Shown here piece by piece: positions 57,517 through 64,000 of a DNA stretch of 64,000 nucleotides (positions are counted from its first letter, which is position 1; the number at the start of each line of letters is the position of its first letter). The translations under genes were made by a program, and so were the position numbers. The stretch is from Nibricoccus sp. GTDB taxonomy: Bacteria > Verrucomicrobiota > Verrucomicrobiia > Opitutales > Opitutaceae. The stretch covers positions 4,576,001 to 4,640,000 of the forward strand of contig JASGHG010000001.1 of assembly GCA_047602425.1 (NCBI GenBank), read 5' to 3'. The notes below the pieces were generated by a model. That model did not search any database. It worked only from the letters and a program-made list of their open reading frames with translations, and had not been told where the DNA came from.

Positions 57517-60500
57517 TCAGAAACCAGCTTTTTCGACCCAGTCATTCGGGGTAGGTGTCCCTTTGAAGAGGATTTGGAAGTTACTCTGGGTCGGCACCAA
57601 GGCCTGCGGTGTTCCAGGCGGGAATTCGCCATCCAGGATAAATTTATGCAGGCGTGGAGAGGGAAAACAGTGCGCACCATGACCGGCCCATGAATCCTGC
57701 GGATCATCAGTCACAGCCCGGCCGTAGGCTGTTTTGATGTGCTGTAGTTCGCTAGTGAACATTCCCACCATGGCACCTTTTACGACGAGGGGCGTGCAAG
57801 GCGTTCCATTGGTCAGATTGAAGTCTTCCAGTGCATGGGTGAAGAATTCGAAGACTGGGAATTCACCTGTAGCGATACAGGCTGATATTTCGATTCGTTC
57901 GCTTGCATTTTTCCATTTCACCTCGCGATAAGTTTTGGATTCACCACTGACGCCGGGGTAACTATATTGCCGGCGTGTGTAATTACCGTTGGCGGCCGGA
58001 TAGTTGGTCTGTGTGGCAAAACCCGGGCTTAAAACAGTGATCGTGTCGCAGAAGATTGCAGAAGGAATTTCCAAGTTCGCATCACCAGCCAAGGTTGTAT
58101 CATCAACCGTAGCGTAGTCATTGGGGTTAGTTGATAGCACTTTTGTTCCAGTGGTGTAATCACCATCTGCATTCCAACTACCAACTACATACAGCGGTGC
58201 ATTTGTCGCGAGCGTAAATCCATATCGCAAGGTATTTTGCGCATTGGCATCACCCTTAACGATTGCGACCCGAGGAAGGCGCTTTGCATTGACCACTTGT
58301 AGGGCCATAATGGCATTTGCCGGGTTGGTGATGGTAGAGATGTTGACCGTATTTGGATAGCGCCGAAGCTCCTTTGCGACTGGCACTATGTTGTCCTCTC
58401 GATCAGCGATTGTTGTGGTATCCGCAGAACGATATGGGATTCTCTTTTCGGCGGGCCCGTATGTGAACGGATGGGTGTCGAGATAGCTTTTACCTGCCGT
58501 AGTACCACCTGTAGCCGGATTCGAATCCCAAGGAGCTTGGGAGTTATTAATGAAAACACTGGTAGCAGGTGCACGATTCAAGGTGGATGTGTCCACCGTT
58601 ACTGAGGTAGGGAATTCAACGTAAACTATGCCATTCCATTCAGCGGCGCCATTGTTAAATGCTAGGCGGAACTGTTCAGCTTCTGCGCCATATTTTGTTT
58701 TCACATTGGCAATCGGTTCCTCCATGATTTCTTTTAGTCTGCTGATATCGAGAGTTAATAAATTGACGCCACGTCCGAGACGTGAGTCGTGAAGGCCGTA
58801 GAGGGGATAGGCAATCGTGGCAGCAGTGGAAATTGCGGCCGGCGTTGTTTGTGGGTCGGTTGCATAGCCGCCAGAGCCGGAGTTGGGAATGCCTATTCCC
58901 GGTAGAACTTTGTTGCAATACTGGGCATTTGTGGAGCCCCAACTTCCGTTGTAAGGCCAAGTTTGATAGGAAGGTAACGAACTCGCCGCCCTATAAGGCT
59001 CGATCCGGTAGCGATGCCATGCTTCGCCAATCACACGGGGAGATGTTTTTGATCCAGGATTGGTTCTGGCGGCTGGAACTGTTGAGGTAACTGCGGTGAG
59101 GTCGCATTCTGTGCCGAGCACGTCGATTGTTTGAGAATCCGCTCCCGCTGCGTAAGCATAGTTTGAGCCATATGCTGCGCTCGCGCGGGTACCACTATTG
59201 TTTTCATAGCGCATGTAGTCGGCGCGGCCGATGACGTCGGTGGGAAATGGTATACTCACGCGGTCAGTCGGAGTGTCTGCTCTGGCCATCGCTGCTGGTT
59301 TTTTGTAAGCACGGACGATGTAGTTGGCGGGGTTTTGCGCCTGGGGTAGCGGCGTTTCACCAGACATGGGAATCCAGCCACTACCTGCGATTGACGCGCT
59401 GTACACATTTGGATCGATACCGCGCTCCGCCCATGTTTTTCCTTCGCTATCACGTGCAGCAAACTCTACTCGCAGCACAAGTGAGGCATTGGCCGAAAGG
59501 TTATAGCGGTAGTTTGTTTTAGGATTGATGGTGGTGGTGCGCGAATTGTGGGTTGGAGGTAGCAGGGGTTCGATTAGGAAATACGGACCGTTCTGAAATT
59601 CATTTTTGGTGGTTGTGCTCTTGAGGTCTTGTTCATAACCAATCGAACCAATTGGATTAATAATGGGCACTGCGTGCGACTTATCCTGCAGATGGCCATT
59701 GAAATCGGCCGAAGCTTTGATCCACGCATCTTCGTCAGCCATGTAGCGAAGATCGAATTTTTGGGCAACAAAGCGGTAGGTGAAAGAGCTGCTAGTATCT
59801 GTATCAGCGCCGACGTAGATAGGTATATCTCCCCCGCCGGTAAGTGGAGTGGTGGTGGTAACGTTAGTTCCGGTACCACTTTGTCCTGTGCTGAATTTAG
59901 TTGGGTCCAAAGTCCCATCAGTTTTATGTTCGACAAGACCATAGGCGTCCATTCCGGTACCTCCCCCATCGGTTATGGAACCGCGGTAGAAACGAGCCCC
60001 GGCTGAAACAAAACCGTTGTATATTGCGTGATCTCCGTCGTGAGCGTTCAAGATCATATTCCCGTTTGTATGAACCGATCCCATCGTCTTGAATCCACGA
60101 TGTAGATGCAGGTCTCCCTGATAGAAAATGGCATGTTGGAATAGATTTGTGAGGACGTAATTAAGGTCTTTCCTTACATATGTCGTGCTCTCAACCCCTC
60201 CTTGCGTGGCGGTAACCGCCGCAATTATTGGAATAGCCTCTTGATATACCCATTGTCCCCGATTGGGATTGTTCTCGTTGGCTGGATTTTTGGGGTCAAT
60301 GTATACACGAGTTGGACCGCCCGCTGGACGGGGCATGACTTTCACCCTGATGCTTTTGTAGGCAAGCGCGTCGCCGCCACCACCGAGGGAGGTAGGAAGG
60401 GTTGTCTTATTTTTTAGAAAGGATAATACGGTTGGAGGGAAGGTGAACTCGACGGGGCTTTCGCCGGTTGCAGGAACATAACTGCACAGCTCTAATCCTT

Positions 60501-60705
60501 TGTCTTCGGCATCGTTGACAATGAAGGAATATGCGTAGTCGATAGCTGCTTCGGCAGCATTGGAAGAGTTGAGCTTCAACTGTTGCCGGAGGGCTTGCTT
60601 TCGTTGGAAATTCATCAAGCTTGCTACCGAGGCGACTAGAATGCTGGCCAATAGAGTAGTTATCATCACCGATGATAAAACCGAGCCTTTGTTTTGATTA
60701 TTCAT
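57517..60705 (-). CDS. 1062-aa PilX/GspK-type pilin-like protein with a large uncharacterised C-terminal region
   Basis: Class III signal NKG|SVLSSVMITTLLASILVASV lacking Glu5; AAEAAI; FQHAIFYQGDL..GSVHTNG; C-terminal FPPGTP. Confidence 0.75.
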   Translation of the reverse strand: MNNQNKGSVLSSVMITTLLASILVASVASLMNFQRKQALRQQLKLNSSNAAEAAIDYAYSFIVNDAEDKGLELCSYVPATGESPVEFTFPPTVLSFLKNKTTLPTSLGGGGDALAYKSIRVKVMPRPAGGPTRVYIDPKNPANENNPNRGQWVYQEAIPIIAAVTATQGGVESTTYVRKDLNYVLTNLFQHAIFYQGDLHLHRGFKTMGSVHTNGNMILNAHDGDHAIYNGFVSAGARFYRGSITDGGGTGMDAYGLVEHKTDGTLDPTKFSTGQSGTGTNVTTTTPLTGGGDIPIYVGADTDTSSSFTYRFVAQKFDLRYMADEDAWIKASADFNGHLQDKSHAVPIINPIGSIGYEQDLKSTTTKNEFQNGPYFLIEPLLPPTHNSRTTTINPKTNYRYNLSANASLVLRVEFAARDSEGKTWAERGIDPNVYSASIAGSGWIPMSGETPLPQAQNPANYIVRAYKKPAAMARADTPTDRVSIPFPTDVIGRADYMRYENNSGTRASAAYGSNYAYAAGADSQTIDVLGTECDLTAVTSTVPAARTNPGSKTSPRVIGEAWHRYRIEPYRAASSLPSYQTWPYNGSWGSTNAQYCNKVLPGIGIPNSGSGGYATDPQTTPAAISTAATIAYPLYGLHDSRLGRGVNLLTLDISRLKEIMEEPIANVKTKYGAEAEQFRLAFNNGAAEWNGIVYVEFPTSVTVDTSTLNRAPATSVFINNSQAPWDSNPATGGTTAGKSYLDTHPFTYGPAEKRIPYRSADTTTIADREDNIVPVAKELRRYPNTVNISTITNPANAIMALQVVNAKRLPRVAIVKGDANAQNTLRYGFTLATNAPLYVVGSWNADGDYTTGTKVLSTNPNDYATVDDTTLAGDANLEIPSAIFCDTITVLSPGFATQTNYPAANGNYTRRQYSYPGVSGESKTYREVKWKNASERIEISACIATGEFPVFEFFTHALEDFNLTNGTPCTPLVVKGAMVGMFTSELQHIKTAYGRAVTDDPQDSWAGHGAHCFPSPRLHKFILDGEFPPGTPQALVPTQSNFQILFKGTPTPNDWVEKAGF

Positions 60706-60711
60706 GGATAA

Positions 60712-61437
60712 TTATCGAAGGTTAAAGGATACTTCGGTCAAATTTCTGGTCTCAAGTGTGCCTGACGTCTCGATTCGGACGAGTGCAATACTAACGTTGT
60801 TAGTGTTCCCGAAATGCGCGAACGGACCTTTATTACCTGCAACCGACATCACGTGCTTTTGAATAGTTGCAGCTCCGCCAAGGAAAGTATTTATATTTTG
60901 ATTCACCAAGGCCCGCACAGTTTGGGGAGCGCCTGTGCCATCTAAACGTTGTCCGACGGGTACGGAGAAGGTATCTGGTGCCTTGGCAGGAAACCGCTTT
61001 AGAGTTCCATATTCCGGTGCAGTGCCTGGCGTATATAGATAGAAAACTAAGTCTGATATCACATTGGTGGTTACACCCGCTGAATCTATAATACTCTTCG
61101 ATAACACCAATACCTTGCCCCTCTCGAGGCCGTCAGCAGCGATACCATTATCTATAGGAACTGTCACCAAGTACTCGGGTGTTCCTTGAGTCGCAGATTG
61201 AAAAATAGTGGAACCGTCGGCAATCTTGCCGTCAATTTGGAGTTTTGCAGAGAGACCCCACTGCTGGATACCATTTTCAATATCCGCCATGGACTTATAG
61301 GAGGCACGCATGAAAGCGAAGGTGAAACCGGCGGCAACTCCGAGGACCACAACGCCGAGTGACGCGGCTACCATCACCTCAACCAGCGTCATACCGGAAT
61401 TTCGACGATATGGTTCAGTTTTAATATAGGTGTGCAT
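60712..61437 (-). CDS. Prepilin-type N-methylation domain protein (PilW-like)
   Basis: RRNSG|MTLVEVMVAASLGVVVLGVA; start at MHTYIK (61437). Confidence 0.88.
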   Translation of the reverse strand: MHTYIKTEPYRRNSGMTLVEVMVAASLGVVVLGVAAGFTFAFMRASYKSMADIENGIQQWGLSAKLQIDGKIADGSTIFQSATQGTPEYLVTVPIDNGIAADGLERGKVLVLSKSIIDSAGVTTNVISDLVFYLYTPGTAPEYGTLKRFPAKAPDTFSVPVGQRLDGTGAPQTVRALVNQNINTFLGGAATIQKHVMSVAGNKGPFAHFGNTNNVSIALVRIETSGTLETRNLTEVSFNLR

Positions 61438-61441
61438 TTCG

Positions 61442-62032
61442 TTATTCTTTGAAGGTTCCATTTGGAGCAGGGAATGTAAGTTGAAGCTGGCCGACATACT
61501 TGTTTGTTTTGCCACGAATCTGCCATTGATAAACCAACGTAAGCTCCAAAACGTCACAATTTATCTTCTGTCCGGTCTTCATGAGGTTACGGCGAATAGT
61601 TATCCAATATTTGATTGGAATGGTGGTGAAGCCGTGATCTGTACCGAATTTTAAGTCAACGGAAGTCCATGTTGTGGATACTTCGGTGTCGTCGGTTTTA
61701 TTTATAGCAAGTTGAAGGACGCGATATCCATCCGTTGTGTCAGCAGGGTCTACATAGTTGACATTTAACTTGCTGGTACCTGGCGCAAGATAGGCCTGCC
61801 AGATCTGTTCAGCCCCTGCGTTCTTTATTTGGTCTAATATGCCGAAGGAAGTATTTATTAATTGTACGTTATACGTTTGCTGCTTAGCGAAACGCATATT
61901 TTGTAGGTATAAACTGGACAGCGTCATAGCTGACATCGCAAAGATCAGAGTGGATACCATCACTTCGACTAAAGTGAATGCGCGGCCATTCTGATTTCGA
62001 CCTGCCCATGCTTTTGGAATACTGTGGTTCAT
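61442..62032 (-). CDS. Prepilin-type N-methylation domain protein (PilV-like)
   Basis: NGRA|FTLVEVMVSTLIFAMS; start at MNHSIP (62032). Confidence 0.88.
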   Translation of the reverse strand: MNHSIPKAWAGRNQNGRAFTLVEVMVSTLIFAMSAMTLSSLYLQNMRFAKQQTYNVQLINTSFGILDQIKNAGAEQIWQAYLAPGTSKLNVNYVDPADTTDGYRVLQLAINKTDDTEVSTTWTSVDLKFGTDHGFTTIPIKYWITIRRNLMKTGQKINCDVLELTLVYQWQIRGKTNKYVGQLQLTFPAPNGTFKE

Positions 62033-62070
62033 TGAACGGATCCTATCCGGTCTGAACGTTTTCCTGAAGA

Positions 62071-62093
62071 GGCCTTTGTATATTAGAAAGGCC
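62071..62093. promoter_or_regulatory. Inverted repeat upstream of the pilin cassette, candidate response-regulator site
   Basis: GGCCTTT-N9-AAAGGCC in the 85-nt gap between the regulator and the first pilin gene. Confidence 0.4.
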
Positions 62094-62117
62094 CTAGGCG
62101 AATAGAGGCGTTGGCCT

Positions 62118-62780
62118 CTAGTGTTTGGCAGGTTGTTCTTTTTGAACAAATAGCGCTACGGCTTGGGAGCGGCGGGTGACGCTGAGCTTGTCGAAAACGT
62201 TGGCGAGATAGTTTTTTACGGTCTTCTCACTCAATCCCATATCGGCGCCGACTTCTTTGTTGGTTTTGCCTTCTGCAATCAGGGCGAGCACACGTTTTTC
62301 CTGAGGAGAAAGTGTTTCTAGTAATGAGTTTTGCTTGTTGCCGGATTTGACCAACTGCATCACCCGGGCGGTGACGGCGGGGTCGAGGATGGATTTGCCG
62401 GCGGCAACGTCGAGGATGGCCTGCACAAGTCCGCGTCCATCTATTTCTTTGAGCAAATAGCCATGGCCGCCTGAACGGATGGCTTCGTCGACCAAGCGGT
62501 CATCCACCACGGAAGTGAGGAACAGGACGCGTGCATCTGGCAGCTGGTTGAGGATCTGCCGGCAGGCGTCGAAGCCCGTTCCATCGGGCAGGCGGATGTC
62601 CATCAGGACCACATCGGGACGCTGCTGAACAGCTCCGCGGACGGCAGTGGCGACATTGGACGCTTCGCCCACGATGATCAGGCTGCTTTCGTCGGACAGG
62701 AGGGTGCGAAGTCCGGTGCGAACGAGTTCGCTGTCATCGACGATGAACAATTTGATGGAAGGCGTTTGGGAAGGTTTCAT
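62118..62780 (-). CDS. NarL/LuxR family response regulator (DosR/DevR-like)
   Basis: DIRLPDG, FLTS, GKSILDP, EGKTNKEVG..LSEKTVKNY. Confidence 0.95.
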   Translation of the reverse strand: MKPSQTPSIKLFIVDDSELVRTGLRTLLSDESSLIIVGEASNVATAVRGAVQQRPDVVLMDIRLPDGTGFDACRQILNQLPDARVLFLTSVVDDRLVDEAIRSGGHGYLLKEIDGRGLVQAILDVAAGKSILDPAVTARVMQLVKSGNKQNSLLETLSPQEKRVLALIAEGKTNKEVGADMGLSEKTVKNYLANVFDKLSVTRRSQAVALFVQKEQPAKH

Positions 62781-64000
62781 GAGACGTGACCGAGAGAAAT
62801 GGGAAGGGTGATGACAAGTCGGGTGCCTTCGCCGGGGGCACTGGCGATGCGCAGACCGGCGTTGATGCGGTCGGTACGGGCTTTTATATTGTCCAAGCCG
62901 TGACCGCGAGCGACCAAGCGCGCTGGATCGAAGCCTTTGCCATTGTCCTGTATCAACAGGCCAATCTCGTCAGCGCTCTCGTGGAGGCGAACGGTGATTT
63001 GTGTGGCCGCTCCGTGACGAAGACTGTTGCTGATCGATTCGCGGATGATCTGGAGAAGATTGGAGACCTGTGTGTCGTTGAGACGACCGGCGGTTTGTTC
63101 GTCGATGCGCAAATCAAAATTCACGGCACGGCCACTGCCCAGCGTCTGGGTAAGCGACAAGACTGCTTGGGAAAAACTTTGCTGGCGGAGATTTTCGGGG
63201 GCGAGACCGCTGATGTAACTGCGAACGTCGCGGATGGTGGTGTTCAGGGTTTTTAGTCCTGCTTCGAGCTGGCGGCTGGCTTCTTCGGGTGACGATGCGA
63301 TGTGTTTTTTCGCGGCTTCGAAGGTAAGTCCGGTCGCGTAGAGCGATTGGATGATACCGTCGTGAAGTTCGCGCCCAAGCTGGATTTTTTCCTCTAACGA
63401 GCGGTTGAGGAGAAGTTGTTGGAAATGCAGATCCTCGTCGGCGCGCAAGCGTTCGATGCGCTCGTGTTCGAGTTCGGCTTGTTGCTGGACCGAGACTTTG
63501 GCGAGTTGGGACAGACTGGCAAAGCCGTGGCTTGTGTTTGAGCCGGCCGCGATCGGTTGATCTGCGGCCGAGTTTTCTTCGCGACTGAAGAGAATGACGA
63601 TCACCAGCACGATGAGAAGACCGAGCGCCAACGCGAGTAGGACAAAAGAGGTATGGCGATAAAGGTGGCCGAGTTGTACCGTGGCCGGGGGCTTGATGGT
63701 GACATGCAGATTCGCGAGCGGCTCGCGATCAGCGCCGCGCCAAGTGTAGTCGAAATACCACGGTGAAGACGTGGGGTTGGCGCTGGACGGTTCGGTTTTG
63801 GCCCGCACTTCGACTTGAGCGTCGAGCAGAGTATTCAAATCCTTGATATAGCTCTCGGGCCAAGGCAGCGGAGGCGGCCGCGTGCTGGATAGCGCCCGTT
63901 CGAGTTGGTGTTGGCGTATTTCGATCGTGGTCTTCTGCACTTGATCGGTTTGACGACGCAGTCGTGTCCAACTCGCGAGCACAGCGGCGAGAAAAATGAT
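62777..64000 (-). CDS. HisKA_3 sensor histidine kinase (NarQ/DevS-like), 5'-truncated by the window edge
   Basis: RELHDGIIQSLYATGL, ESISNSLRH, DNGKGFD, GHGLDN; frame open to 64000. Confidence 0.93.
   Translation of the reverse strand: MIFLAAVLASWTRLRRQTDQVQKTTIEIRQHQLERALSSTRPPPLPWPESYIKDLNTLLDAQVEVRAKTEPSSANPTSSPWYFDYTWRGADREPLANLHVTIKPPATVQLGHLYRHTSFVLLALALGLLIVLVIVILFSREENSAADQPIAAGSNTSHGFASLSQLAKVSVQQQAELEHERIERLRADEDLHFQQLLLNRSLEEKIQLGRELHDGIIQSLYATGLTFEAAKKHIASSPEEASRQLEAGLKTLNTTIRDVRSYISGLAPENLRQQSFSQAVLSLTQTLGSGRAVNFDLRIDEQTAGRLNDTQVSNLLQIIRESISNSLRHGAATQITVRLHESADEIGLLIQDNGKGFDPARLVARGHGLDNIKARTDRINAGLRIASAPGEGTRLVITLPISLGHVS

Noticed and set aside
1..64000. CRISPR array, cas genes, transposases, prophage, reverse transcriptase
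   Set aside because: No regularly spaced direct repeats or diagnostic protein motifs found by eye

Overview
A GC-rich bacterial chromosomal segment, most likely Opitutaceae (Verrucomicrobiota). This is inferred from gene content (exosortase, TM-fused ECF, PilX-type cassette, system II heme maturation, FabV), not from a database search. Housekeeping genes: nusA-infB-rbfA-nrnA-truB-ribF-tRNA-Val(GAC), recN, lysR/leuCD, exbBD, leuB, dtd, fabV, MBL-ribD-rdgB. Accessory blocks: an ECF42/YciI/DUF4256 operon with a matching ECF42 promoter; a three-gene phosphorelay; five short co-oriented unrelated genes bracketed by copies of a 9-nt-periodic REP-like element; a cytochrome c maturation operon with an extra two-domain lipoprotein; a split acyl-CoA dehydrogenase/FixCX-like/non-canonical EtfBA module; an exosortase operon hiding an unannotated 30-aa membrane peptide and a truncated RskA-like protein; and an AT-richer three-gene pilin-like cassette with a 1062-aa PilX-type protein behind a DosR/DevS-like two-component system. 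I saw no CRISPR array, integrase, transposase or rRNA. All protein calls come from motif recognition by eye.
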